IMG/VR virus record: IMGVR_UViG_3300041413_000047
Coordinates: 14,541-78,540 of that record
Length of the DNA stretch: 64,000 nt
Source: a virus
Lineage: Duplodnaviria; Caudoviricetes
Direction: 5' to 3' (one strand)
Under the pieces are notes generated by a model. It was not told the DNA's origin and did no database searches. It saw nothing but the letters and a program-made list of their open reading frames with translations. The translations under genes and the position numbers were made by a program. Below are positions 9,518 to 17,885 of the stretch, in pieces. The first letter of the stretch is position 1. Each line of letters begins with the position of its first letter.

Positions 9518-9690
9518 GGCCGGCTCCCCTTCCTTCGGATGTCGGGTGCGGTGGCGTATCCGGCCATGCCTGTGCCGGCGGCGACGAGGAGGGCGGCGGA
9601 TCCGGCTTTGAGTGCGGCGAGCGGGATGGCGGCCAGGGCCATCGCGGTGAGGAGGGTGGCCGTCCAGTGGGCGGCGAGACGCACACTCAC
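9514..9690 (-). CDS. small membrane protein
   Basis: Hydrophobic 58-aa ORF with coupled overlaps. Confidence 0.55.
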   Translation of the reverse strand: MSVRLAAHWTATLLTAMALAAIPLAALKAGSAALLVAAGTGMAGYATAPDIRRKGSRP

Positions 9691-10469
9691 GCGGCACCGC
9701 CCTTGCGGACGTACGCGGCGAGACGGCAGTGAATCCCCCACCACGTCACATGCCGTGGAGCGACCGACACCTCATCCCACTCGGCATCCAGCAACTCGTA
9801 GAAGCCGTCGTCCGCCGTGCACCCGCCCCAGCTCTCACCCGCGTACAGCAGGAGGTCGCCCTCGTACAGCGACAGCGCATGCCGGGCATGCTCACCCCCA
9901 TACGGGGGCCACACCATCAGCAGCGCCCGATCCTGGTGGTGCTTCACCGCCGACGCGTCATCCGGCAGGACCGTGGTGTACGGGCCGCCCTTGCAGAATC
10001 CGTTGTCGTCGGCGGGCGGATGCGGGTCGTACGCGGCGACATCCACCCCGGCCTGCTCCAACTGCCAGGCCCAGTAGCCGGACCCGGCGCCGATCTCGAC
10101 GACGGCCCGGCCGTTGAGCTGTTCGACCATCCAGGAGACGTCGCCGGGCGAGACGATCGACCAGGCGTACGTCTTGGCCAGGTGGGTGCGCGAGGCGCCC
10201 GCCTGATCCAGTTCGGCGGCCGTCTCCTTGGAGAACGCGTTGAACGTGTACGTCGGCTGGAGTTCGGTGGCGCTGGACCAGTACGGCTCGGCGGGCATCC
10301 AACGGACGGCTTCCCACAGCGGGTTGTGGACGCCTTCGGGGACAGCCTGGTTCTGGCCGGATTGGGCGATCGGCTGGAACGGCTGGGCGCCGCTGCCGAA
10401 GTGGCGACGTCCGGCGCCGGGCTCCCGCCAGGCGGCCTGGAGGCGGGTCACGATGCGGTCGATGCTCAT
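9687..10469 (-). CDS. class I SAM-dependent methyltransferase
   Basis: VVEIGAGSGYW (GxGxG), AYD and LMVWPPY. Confidence 0.82.
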   Translation of the reverse strand: MSIDRIVTRLQAAWREPGAGRRHFGSGAQPFQPIAQSGQNQAVPEGVHNPLWEAVRWMPAEPYWSSATELQPTYTFNAFSKETAAELDQAGASRTHLAKTYAWSIVSPGDVSWMVEQLNGRAVVEIGAGSGYWAWQLEQAGVDVAAYDPHPPADDNGFCKGGPYTTVLPDDASAVKHHQDRALLMVWPPYGGEHARHALSLYEGDLLLYAGESWGGCTADDGFYELLDAEWDEVSVAPRHVTWWGIHCRLAAYVRKGGAA

Positions 10470-10894
10470 GCCGTCCTCCGGTCCTGCTTCGGGAACGGGT
10501 TGGCCTTCAGGTGCGCGCGGGTCTTGGCGTGCGTCGGGTGCTTGATCAGCGACGCGCCCTGCTGGAACCGGGACGTGACCCGCTCCACCTCCGTCAGCTC
10601 CAGCAGCAGACGACGGACGTCGTGCGAGTCGATCTCGATCTGGGCGTCGTCCATGCCCGCCACGTCCTCAACCTGCTCGACAGCGGCGTCCAGCTCGCCC
10701 TCACGGGCCACACCCCGCACGATCGCCGCCAGCTCGTCGAGGGCGTCGATGATGTCGTCGCGGGACTGCCGTTCACCCCAGTGCTGCACCAGCTGCATGA
10801 GGGTGTCGATACGGATCTGGTCGGCCCTGAGGACGCCGTGGAGGTGGTTGGCGCCGATCTCGTATGACAGGTCCGGCTTGTTCGAGTGGATCAT
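10466..10894 (-). CDS. hypothetical protein
   Basis: ORF track; 4-nt overlaps. Confidence 0.7.
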   Translation of the reverse strand: MIHSNKPDLSYEIGANHLHGVLRADQIRIDTLMQLVQHWGERQSRDDIIDALDELAAIVRGVAREGELDAAVEQVEDVAGMDDAQIEIDSHDVRRLLLELTEVERVTSRFQQGASLIKHPTHAKTRAHLKANPFPKQDRRTA

Positions 10895-11229
10895 CGCGTT
10901 GCCCTTTCCGGGCTGGCAGGGATGAGGAGGGCGAGGAGCGCAGCGGCAGTGATCGCGGCATCACGCGGGGCCGTGCGGGCGGTCTTTGCGATGGCCTTGA
11001 TGACGGCGCGGACCGAGTACGTGACGTTGGCGACGGCGATCAGTAGCCCGTCCCAGTCGCCCGACTCCAACGCCAGACGCACGCGGTAGCCCGCGCGGGA
11101 CACCGCCGGACGCGGGTCGAAGTCCGCGAGGTCCGCGTCCACCGTCAGGAAGTACGGCACGCAGTACGAGGCGTGGACACCGACAGCGAACGAGACGACC
11201 GCCAGCCAGTCCGAGAGAGAGTGCGTCAT
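10891..11229 (-). CDS. membrane-associated hypothetical protein
   Basis: MTHSLSDWLAVVSFAVG...; coupled ORF. Confidence 0.6.
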   Translation of the reverse strand: MTHSLSDWLAVVSFAVGVHASYCVPYFLTVDADLADFDPRPAVSRAGYRVRLALESGDWDGLLIAVANVTYSVRAVIKAIAKTARTAPRDAAITAAALLALLIPASPERATR

Positions 11230-11651
11230 CGGGTGCCACCGCCCCACGTAACCGCGGCCTCGTCGAACGACAGCGGCGTGACCCACGCGCCGAGCAGGTA
11301 GTCATGCATCCGGCAGTCGTCGGCCTCGCACTTCCACGGGTCGACAACCGGGGCGAACGGCAGCGGGACCCCGTACGTCATCGGGTCCGGGCAGCGGCAC
11401 ACCGACGTGCGGGCGTTCCGGCGGGCCAGCATGCGGGCCTTGATCTGCGCCTCGGTCGGCTGCTCCCACAGGTGGGAGTTCCGTCCCCGCAGGTTCCGAC
11501 GCCCGTGGAAGCGCTGCTCGGTACCGCACCAGCGGCAGCCGAACGGTGTCGGCGGCTGCCCCTCAGGCCAGCGCACGTTGCCGTGCGCCATGCCCGTGTT
11601 GCAGTCCCGGTACAGGAACCCTGCGGGGTGGAAGGAGAGCCACTTCTTCAT
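11226..11651 (-). CDS. Cys/His-rich hypothetical protein
   Basis: CRWC, CRC, CEADDC. Confidence 0.65.
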   Translation of the reverse strand: MKKWLSFHPAGFLYRDCNTGMAHGNVRWPEGQPPTPFGCRWCGTEQRFHGRRNLRGRNSHLWEQPTEAQIKARMLARRNARTSVCRCPDPMTYGVPLPFAPVVDPWKCEADDCRMHDYLLGAWVTPLSFDEAAVTWGGGTR

Positions 11652-12340
11652 CGCGTCCCGCCCGTCTCGGGCAGGTCGCGGCCCAGACCCGGGCGGTACG
11701 GGTGGTACAGCGGGCTGTCGTGCGGGTCCTCACGCAGCGACGCCACCGGCATGTACGCCTGCCTCACCGCATCCGGGACAGCCTCCGGCTCCGGATCACC
11801 ACGAAGCCCCTCGCCCGGAGTCCGCCAGTCCGCGCAAACCTTCTCGATGTCCGCGAGCACCGTCCGGTCCGGCACCTCGGGCCCCGACCGCCACCGGCCC
11901 AACGCCGCCGACACCATGTCGTCGAGGAACATGCTCAGATCGCCGTCGTCCATCGCGTGCGCCCACGGCAGCGCCGGCGGATACGACGACCGCTCCACCA
12001 AACCCTCCGCTGCCGCACGCACCCGCACGATCCACTCCGGCGTGGGCAGTTCGAACAGTCGGGCCGCCTTGTCCTGCTCGTCGCAGAACGCGAGAACCGA
12101 ATCCAGGCAGCGGGACAGGTAGGCCATCTCCTCGGCGATCGTCGGCTCCACGCCCACGTACTTCCGGCGCTCCGCCTCCAGCTCGGCGATGCGAGCCTTC
12201 AACGTCTCGTTCTCCGCCTTCACGTCGGCGTCCAACGCCGCCGCAAGCTCAGCGAGAACCGCGCGGCCAGGGCCGACCGACACCGGCAGTGCACCCAACT
12301 CGCGCACCGCATCCGCAGCGTTCGTGATCGGCTCACTCAT
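11648..12340 (-). CDS. hypothetical protein with coiled coil
   Basis: MSEPITNAADAVRELG...ENETLKARIAELE. Confidence 0.65.
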   Translation of the reverse strand: MSEPITNAADAVRELGALPVSVGPGRAVLAELAAALDADVKAENETLKARIAELEAERRKYVGVEPTIAEEMAYLSRCLDSVLAFCDEQDKAARLFELPTPEWIVRVRAAAEGLVERSSYPPALPWAHAMDDGDLSMFLDDMVSAALGRWRSGPEVPDRTVLADIEKVCADWRTPGEGLRGDPEPEAVPDAVRQAYMPVASLREDPHDSPLYHPYRPGLGRDLPETGGTR

Positions 12341-12549
12341 GCCGCACCGCCCGCCGGGAGCAGCTCCGTGCCGAAGATCTCCTCCAGCTCCATCCGCGTC
12401 GACATCACGAACCGCGGGCACTTCTCCGGGTCCACGCCGTCGATCACGTACAGGGCGGCACCGTTCCGCGTGTGCTCAGTGACACGCCAGACCTTGCCGT
12501 TCGGGGCGAGCAGGTCGACAGCCGTGCGCTCGATCGGAGACGTACTCAT
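12337..12549 (-). CDS. hypothetical protein
   Basis: ATGA-coupled ORF. Confidence 0.65.
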   Translation of the reverse strand: MSTSPIERTAVDLLAPNGKVWRVTEHTRNGAALYVIDGVDPEKCPRFVMSTRMELEEIFGTELLPAGGAA

Positions 12550-13400
12550 GCCGCACCCCCGAGCTCAATCGAGGACTGCACGTCGTAGTGCCGGCCGACC
12601 TCAGCCCACGCGGTGTCGAACAGGTCGAGGTCCCGGTGGGTGTAGACCGCGACGTCACGGTGCACGCCGTTGATCGGCCGCTTGATCTTCTGCGGGTCAT
12701 TGCCGTACCGAGCCCGATACAGGGCGGCGACCGTCTTGCCGAGCCGCGTCCGCGCCGACGCCATGTCCGACGCAGCGATCCGCCCGCTCAAGAACTCGTC
12801 GCAGGTGATCGTGATGTCCGCAGGGTCGATGTCCGGCTCCTCGCCGTTCATCCGCGCCAGCTCGGTGCGCGCCATCGCCTCCACGTACGAGGAGTTGACG
12901 AGGCCGAACTGCTTCGCGACACCCATCGCAGACAACCGCTCACGGGCCAGCTGGGCTCGCTCCACTCCATCGAGCTGCGAGCGGAGAGACTCGACCTGCT
13001 CCAGAGACGCGGCCGGGTTGATCGCGCCGCCCTTGGTCCAGAAGTCGCGGAGCGCCCGGGCGCTCTTCCTCTGGTAGTCGACGACCAGCGGGCGGGCCGC
13101 CTCGGAGACCCTGTGCTCGTCGATGTTCGCGAGGAGCATCGACCAGGTGTCGAGGTTGACCGCGGCCATCTCTCGGGCCTGGTCATCACCGGGGACCTGC
13201 ACGGCCGTTACGACCGTGGAGCCCCAGGACTTGCGCTTCAGCTTCTTCAGCTGACTGTCCGCGTCGAGGCCCATCGCGGTGAGCGTCACGCGGATGAGGA
13301 CGTGGGGTTCATCCTCGATGAGGACGGTTTCGATGAAGCCGTCCATGAACGGCACGCGGACAATCTCCGCGGGTTGCCGGTCGGGCAGAATGGGAGCCAC
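12546..13400 (-). CDS. phage antirepressor (P22 Ant N-terminal-like)
   Basis: IVRVPF.DG.I.TV..EDEPHV...AMGLD..SQL.KL and YQR.SARALRDFW.KG.AINP; located after xis. Confidence 0.78.
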   Translation of the reverse strand: MAPILPDRQPAEIVRVPFMDGFIETVLIEDEPHVLIRVTLTAMGLDADSQLKKLKRKSWGSTVVTAVQVPGDDQAREMAAVNLDTWSMLLANIDEHRVSEAARPLVVDYQRKSARALRDFWTKGGAINPAASLEQVESLRSQLDGVERAQLARERLSAMGVAKQFGLVNSSYVEAMARTELARMNGEEPDIDPADITITCDEFLSGRIAASDMASARTRLGKTVAALYRARYGNDPQKIKRPINGVHRDVAVYTHRDLDLFDTAWAEVGRHYDVQSSIELGGAA

Positions 13401-13492
13401 GTGGCTCCCTCCTCTCGTAGGTGGGATGGTGCTGCGTAGGGGTCGGTCCGGACGCGCATCCGGGGCGGCCCCGTCTTCGTGCGGGGGGAGCG

Positions 13493-13759
13493 TCAGCCCG
13501 TGGAGGCCAGCTCCTGCGAGTTCGAGGTCGACCAGGCGAGACCGTCCGTCGCGTTCGCCTCGTGCCAGGCCTGGCACTTCGCCAGGTCGTAGCGGCGCCC
13601 CTGGCCGGCGAACGGCTCCTCGGGCATGCCGGCCTTCAGCCACTGGGTGATCTGCCAGGTGGAGACGCCGTAGTACGTCTCGATCTCGCGCTGGTTCAGG
13701 AGGGGGACGAGGCCGGCCGGGAGGGGGACACGGCGCTCACGCTTCGCTCGCTGCTGCAT
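13493..13759 (-). CDS. xis: excisionase / MerR-like HTH protein
   Basis: LLNQREIETYYGVSTWQI.QW...GMP...RRYDL..C.AW; first gene after cro. Confidence 0.7.
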   Translation of the reverse strand: MQQRAKRERRVPLPAGLVPLLNQREIETYYGVSTWQITQWLKAGMPEEPFAGQGRRYDLAKCQAWHEANATDGLAWSTSNSQELASTG

Positions 13760-14069
13760 CAGGCTTGGACCTTTCTACTGTTGAAGTTGAATGTGGGGGC
13801 ACGAAAAATGGGGGGTCGAAGAGGTCCTGGAGGGGGGCGTTCGTGCGCTCATGGAGTGCGGCGGCGACGACCCAGGCGGTGTACTCCTCGCAGCGTTCGC
13901 GGGCGCTCTTGCCGCGAGAGGTGAGGCGTCCGACGGTGGCGGCACTGATGCCTTTGCCGTCGGGGGCCACGTTCTTCGTCGCTTCGGCGAGTTCCTCGAT
14001 GGTGAGGTCGGCTCGTTCCATGGCGTCTCTGAGTGGCTTGCCTTGGCCCTTGCGGTGGAGTTTCGGCAT
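13737..14069 (-). CDS. Cro-like HTH regulator
   Basis: LRDAMERADLTIEELAEAT...ISAATVGRL; divergent from the repressor. Confidence 0.8.
   Translation of the reverse strand: MPKLHRKGQGKPLRDAMERADLTIEELAEATKNVAPDGKGISAATVGRLTSRGKSARERCEEYTAWVVAAALHERTNAPLQDLFDPPFFVPPHSTSTVERSKPDAAASEA
13772..13791. promoter_or_regulatory. candidate repressor operator, copy 1 (TTTCTACTGTTGAAGTTGAA)
   Basis: 19/20 identical to 14126-14145; AT-rich in a ~70% GC genome; just upstream of xis. Confidence 0.65.
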
Positions 14070-14125
14070 GTGATCCCCGTGCCAGGTGGTGTGGGCTCCG
14101 CTCCGTTTTCTGGGGCGGTGAGACA

Positions 14126-14145
14126 TTTCTACAGTTGAAGTTGAA
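14126..14145. promoter_or_regulatory. candidate repressor operator, copy 2 (TTTCTACAGTTGAAGTTGAA)
   Basis: Lies in the cro/repressor intergenic region. Confidence 0.65.
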
Positions 14146-14291
14146 GTCCTGTCAACGCGAAGTGCGGGGAAGTTGCGAGAATCTTCGTGACAGCGGGCAC
14201 TGATTCGAATGAACGTTCTAGGGTGGGTAGTGAAGCGCATATGCCACTGCGCGTGACGGGGAGGTTGCGCGCCGCATGGCTTTCCGCCACG

Positions 14292-14320
14292 CTTCTACTT
14301 TCACTTGCTTAAAGTAGAAG
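14292..14320. promoter_or_regulatory. inverted-repeat operator CTTCTACTTT-N9-AAAGTAGAAG
   Basis: Perfect 10-bp inverted repeat sharing the TTCTAC core with the two direct repeats; upstream of the repressor. Confidence 0.65.
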
Positions 14321-14340
14321 CCACGGTGCACTCTTGGCCC

Positions 14341-14709
14341 GTGGAGACCGAGGACACCCCCCCAGTCGAGGACTTCGCGCAGGTACTCGCTGCCCTGAAG
14401 GACGAATATCAGGTCAACGACACCCAGGTCGCGAACGCCGTTGGCGTCTCCTCTGCCGCCGTCGGCACCTGGGTGCACCGCAAGCGCAAGCCCCGCCGCG
14501 CCGCCGTCGTCGCCCTCGCCAAGGCCTATCCGAAGTTCACCGAAGAGCGCCTGTTCGCCGCCCTCGGGCGCGAGGCCCCCGGCCCGCTCGACACCGCCGG
14601 CGAGGAGGAACTCTTTGAGCTCTTCCGTGAACTGACCGCGGAGCAGCAGGAGATGAAGAAGATCGAGATGCGCGCGCTCGCCGAGCGCAACCGTTCGAAG
14701 TTCTCGTGA
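14341..14709 (+). CDS. immunity repressor (XRE HTH)
   Basis: FAQVLAALKDEYQVNDTQVANAVGVSSAAVGTWVHRKRKP; divergent from cro. The start could be 14326 or 14341. Confidence 0.85.
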   Translation: METEDTPPVEDFAQVLAALKDEYQVNDTQVANAVGVSSAAVGTWVHRKRKPRRAAVVALAKAYPKFTEERLFAALGREAPGPLDTAGEEELFELFRELTAEQQEMKKIEMRALAERNRSKFS

Positions 14710-14870
14710 GTCTCCGTCAGGCGCTCTCCGTCACTGCGTGTGCCGTCTTATCAACAACACGCTCAACAGTGGTCGCATAATCGCCCAGTTGGGGTACGGT
14801 CGTCCACACGGCCGATGCCCTCCCCCTTCGGCAGAACAGAGTCAGTCTGCCTGTGAAAACGGGGGTTCCT

Positions 14871-15119
14871 ATGTGCGTCCGCATCCGATTCGACTCCTGC
14901 GTGCAGCCCCCCATCTACGACGCTGACGCCGGCGTCATCACCCTCCCCGCCGACCTCGATTGCGCACACGCTGTCACTGCGCTCCGGGCCGTTCTGTCCA
15001 AACTTCGCGTGCAGCAGCCCAAGTTGGGTGCAGTCTGCTGGTGCGGGGAGCCGGTGACGTTGCTCCCTCGCGTACCAGAGCAGCGAAGGAGTGGACAGGT
15101 GATCAAGCATGGCGCGTAG
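14871..15119 (+). CDS. small Cys-containing protein between repressor and integrase
   Basis: MCVRIRF...AVCWCGEPV; overlaps the int start. Confidence 0.65.
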   Translation: MCVRIRFDSCVQPPIYDADAGVITLPADLDCAHAVTALRAVLSKLRVQQPKLGAVCWCGEPVTLLPRVPEQRRSGQVIKHGA

Positions 15120-16407
15120 CGCGGGGAAGAACCCCCGTCAGATGCCCAGCAAAACGTGCGGCTGCCCCCGGTGTCTCGCCGAGTACCCGCCATCGGAGGG
15201 GTACAGCGAGCGCAAGGCGCGGCGCGACTGTCAGGGCCGGTGGCAGGCTCGCTACCGGGACCCCGAGGGAAGGCTGTGCGGGCCGCGCTTCGACTCGCAG
15301 AAGGAAGCGCAGGCCCACCTCGACAAGGTCCGCACCCAAGTCCGTGAGGGTACCTATCAGGACCCGACGCGCGGGTCCATCACCGTGAACGCGTGGTGGG
15401 AGATCTGGTGGCCCACGACGAAGAAGAAGGCCGTCACGACGACGAACCGGAAGCTCACCTCGTGGAGTGTCCACATTCAACCGAAGTGGGGGAAGCGGAA
15501 GCTCAACACGATCACGTGGCTTCAGGTGCAGGACTGGATCACCAACGAGGTGAAGGGCCGTGAGACGCAGCGCAAGGTGCTCGAGCTGTTCCGGCACATG
15601 ATGACCGCCGCGTTGCGGGACCGCCGCATCACCATCAACCCGACCCTCGACATCGAGATCGAAGCCCCGAAGGGCAAGCACCCCGACGAGCTGATTCCGC
15701 CCACGCGCGAGCAGGCCGCCCTGATCCGTCAGCACCTCGCCGAGTACTACCGCCCGGTGATGGTGTTCGCGGAGGAGACGGGCATGCGGTGGGGGGAGTA
15801 CACGGCGCTGCGCCTGTGCAACGTGGATCTCGACGCTGCAACGGTGAAGGTAAAGGAAGTTCTCATCGACGACCGCGGGAAGATCAGGCGGAAGGCTGCG
15901 CCGAAGTCGAAGGCCGGTTTCCGGACCGTGCCGCTCACGCCGGCCGCGGTCGAGGCGGTCAAGGTGATGGTGGAGAAGTGGCATCCGGCGGCGACGGAGT
16001 CGGCGATCGAGGACGGGATGCATCCGGAAGAGCTGGTCTTCCGTAGTCCGATGTCCGGTTCTCAGAGGAAGAACAAGGACGGCGAGAAGGTCGACCTGGA
16101 GGGGGCGCTGAGGCGTTCGATCTTCCGTCGGTACTGGATTCCTGCGATCAAAGCTGCTGGTCTGGCGCGCCTCGTGAAGGATCCGGAGTCGGGTCGTACG
16201 GAGTACTGGCCGCGGGTGCACGATCTGCGGCACGTCTTCGCGACGCGACTGAAGGATGCTGGCGTCCCGGAGAAGGACGTCCAGGTAATCATGGGTCATG
16301 AGCGGGGTGGTCGGGTGACGTGGCTGTATCAGCATGCGGGGCCGGAGTTGGTGGAGGAGGTGCGGTCTGCGCTGGTCAGCGGGCGGCATCTGCGGGCCGT
16401 GTCGTGA
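15109..16407 (+). CDS. int: tyrosine integrase
   Basis: ETGMRWGE (R), KSKAG (K), HDLRH, MGH and WLYQH (Y); N-terminal WQARYRDPEG arm-binding domain. Confidence 0.97.
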   Translation: MARSAGKNPRQMPSKTCGCPRCLAEYPPSEGYSERKARRDCQGRWQARYRDPEGRLCGPRFDSQKEAQAHLDKVRTQVREGTYQDPTRGSITVNAWWEIWWPTTKKKAVTTTNRKLTSWSVHIQPKWGKRKLNTITWLQVQDWITNEVKGRETQRKVLELFRHMMTAALRDRRITINPTLDIEIEAPKGKHPDELIPPTREQAALIRQHLAEYYRPVMVFAEETGMRWGEYTALRLCNVDLDAATVKVKEVLIDDRGKIRRKAAPKSKAGFRTVPLTPAAVEAVKVMVEKWHPAATESAIEDGMHPEELVFRSPMSGSQRKNKDGEKVDLEGALRRSIFRRYWIPAIKAAGLARLVKDPESGRTEYWPRVHDLRHVFATRLKDAGVPEKDVQVIMGHERGGRVTWLYQHAGPELVEEVRSALVSGRHLRAVS

Positions 16408-16412
16408 CGTGC

Positions 16413-16444
16413 GCGGCCACGGCGGGGCCACATCGGGGCCACAA
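16413..16444 (+). repeat. integrase arm-type repeats, left arm (three GSGGCCAC at ~11-bp spacing)
   Basis: GCGGCCAC-GGCGGGGCCACA-TCGGGGCCACA. Confidence 0.75.
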
Positions 16445-16556
16445 ACCCCCCTCGTACGTCCTCGAAAGTTCTGAGCACTTCCCGTTGTCGCAGGTCAGAG
16501 AGCTTCTCGTCACTTCGCGAAACTTCACGCACGTCCCTGACCTGCATTTACGGTCT

Positions 16557-16600
16557 CTTACAAGGCGGATGTCGGCGGTTCGAAACCGTCCGCGCCCACA
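16557..16600 (+). mobile_element. attP core = 3' half of tRNA-Val(TAC)
   Basis: CTTACAA anticodon loop, GGCGG stem, ATGTC variable loop, GGCGG-TTCGAAA-CCGTC T-arm, CGCGCCC-A acceptor strand. There is no 5' half upstream. Confidence 0.9.
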
Positions 16601-16630
16601 GGACTAGCGTGCAGGTGAGCGCCTAGTTAG

Positions 16631-16658
16631 GCCCCCCGTCCATGATCGGACGGGGGGC
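16631..16658 (+). terminator. hairpin downstream of the att core
   Basis: GCCCCCCGTCC-atgatc-GGACGGGGGGC, 11-bp stem; placed to terminate the reconstituted tRNA. Confidence 0.75.
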
Positions 16659-16668
16659 CATTTCCATG

Positions 16669-16691
16669 ATCGGGGCCACATCGCGGCCACA
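16669..16691 (+). repeat. integrase arm-type repeats, right arm
   Basis: ATCGGGGCCACA-TCGCGGCCACA, the same motif as the left arm. Confidence 0.75.
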
Positions 16692-16861
16692 TTCCCACAG
16701 GCGGGACTCTTTGGCGATCACTCGTTTGGGGGACTGGACTATGTTCAAACGCCACGTAGAGTGGCGCGAACGAGAGGGGCAGGTGCGTCTCCCCACGCGC
16801 GCCTGAGACGTGCCTCTCGTCATCTGCACGGTGCTCGGCGGGGAGGCCGGCCCGGGGCAGG

Positions 16862-17080
16862 CAGAAAGGCCCCCATCGTCTATGTCGATGGGGGCCTTCT
16901 GGCGTCAAACGTAGACCGCCCCGAGAGCGTAAGCCCTCGGGGCGGGACGCATTGACCAAGTCGCAGCGTCTAACGGCCGAATGAGGCGGAGACGTGTACG
17001 CCCAACCGGCCGCTGGGGGTGTCACCGCAGTTCGCTGTGCGCGAAGTCGTGGTGACCGTTCTTCGATACCCCGGAGCAAG
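16862..17080 (-). ncRNA. candidate structured non-coding RNA
   Basis: Several nested hairpins and no credible ORF; ends at a terminator hairpin with a short U tract on the minus strand. Confidence 0.35.
16863..16900. terminator. intrinsic terminator-like hairpin
   Basis: AAGGCCCCCATCG / CGATGGGGGCCTT, 13-bp stem. Confidence 0.75.
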
Positions 17081-17089
17081 ATCCTTAAA

Positions 17090-17107
17090 TTTGCCTGGCC
17101 AGGCAAA
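17090..17107. promoter_or_regulatory. 18-bp perfect palindrome, probable XRE operator
   Basis: TTTGCCTGGCCAGGCAAA, upstream of the XRE gene. Confidence 0.6.
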
Positions 17108-17140
17108 GACATCAGAGCATGATCGCTTCAGCGTGGTCGG

Positions 17141-17374
17141 GTGCCTCTCGACCCCATGCCCGACTGGGTCCCCGCCCGCCGCCGGGAGATCGGGGAGCGC
17201 CTCCGTGATGCACGCCATGAGGCCGGGCTCACTCAGCTTCAGCTCGGCGAACGTGTCGGCCGCGACCATCGAACGATCCACCGGTGGGAGTACGCGCAGC
17301 GCATCCCCGACCTGAACGACTTGCTCCTGCTCGCCGACGCCCTGGGTGTCCCCCTCGCCGACTTGGTCCGGTGA
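17141..17374 (+). CDS. XRE-family HTH regulator
   Basis: IGERLRDARHEAGLTQLQLGERVG...TIHRWE...P. Confidence 0.9.
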   Translation: MPLDPMPDWVPARRREIGERLRDARHEAGLTQLQLGERVGRDHRTIHRWEYAQRIPDLNDLLLLADALGVPLADLVR

Positions 17375-17553
17375 CCCGCCGCAGCATCGGGGACGCGCTG
17401 CGACGGGCCGCCACGGCCGCCCCGCACGGGGCGTCGGAGACGGCCGGCTTCATCCCGCTGCCGGCGCGGTCGGCGCGAACCGGCAGCGGGGGCCTCAACG
17501 GGACGGCCCCAACCCCCCGACCGCCGGCACAGCAACGCAGCGGCCGGGGGAGC

Positions 17554-17709
17554 TCAATGACGTATCCCCGACGGGTACGTCTGGGTGGGCGGCTTCTGGC
17601 ACAGTACGGCGTGCAGGGTCACGGTCCCACCGGCCGCCGACGCCGAATCCTTCGGAACCGTCACCGTCTCCTGGCCGCGCCGAATCGGCTGACCGCAGCG
17701 GTCGCACAT
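17554..17709 (-). CDS. small Cys-rich protein
   Basis: MCDRCGQPI...LHAVLC; TGATG coupling. Confidence 0.55.
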   Translation of the reverse strand: MCDRCGQPIRRGQETVTVPKDSASAAGGTVTLHAVLCQKPPTQTYPSGIRH

Positions 17710-17885
17710 CACGGGCGGGCCTCCCTCTGCGGCCTCGACCATTCTTGCCACAGTCGGCGCGCCTCAGGGCATGGCTGGCTGGTGTCGGCGTTGCACGGCT
17801 CGCAGCGGGTGCAGTGGTTCATCAGCGCCAAGAGCCTGCTGCGGCTGTCCGTGCGGACGAGGACGGTGCGTACGTCTCGGGTCAC
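17709..17885 (-). CDS. small Cys/His-rich protein
   Basis: HCTRCEPC...CPEARRL; GTGA coupling. Confidence 0.55.
   Translation of the reverse strand: MTRDVRTVLVRTDSRSRLLALMNHCTRCEPCNADTSQPCPEARRLWQEWSRPQREARP

Noticed and set aside
6410-12560. Recurrent GGCGGTGCGGCATGA-like junctions (proteins ending ...GGAA or ...GGTR)
   Set aside because: Explained by an SD plus ATGA/GTGA translational coupling in the early operon; not a separate repeat element.
16557-16600. Full tRNA-Val gene
   Set aside because: Only the 3' half from the anticodon loop is present, so it is an att core.
16413-16691. CRISPR-like or iteron array
   Set aside because: Units are 8-12 bp with no unique spacers and flank an att core, so they are read as integrase arm sites. 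No CRISPR array was seen in the window.
16557-16700. attR prophage boundary with host DNA to the right
   Set aside because: Arm repeats recur to the right of the core and phage lysis and tail genes follow, which fits attP better.
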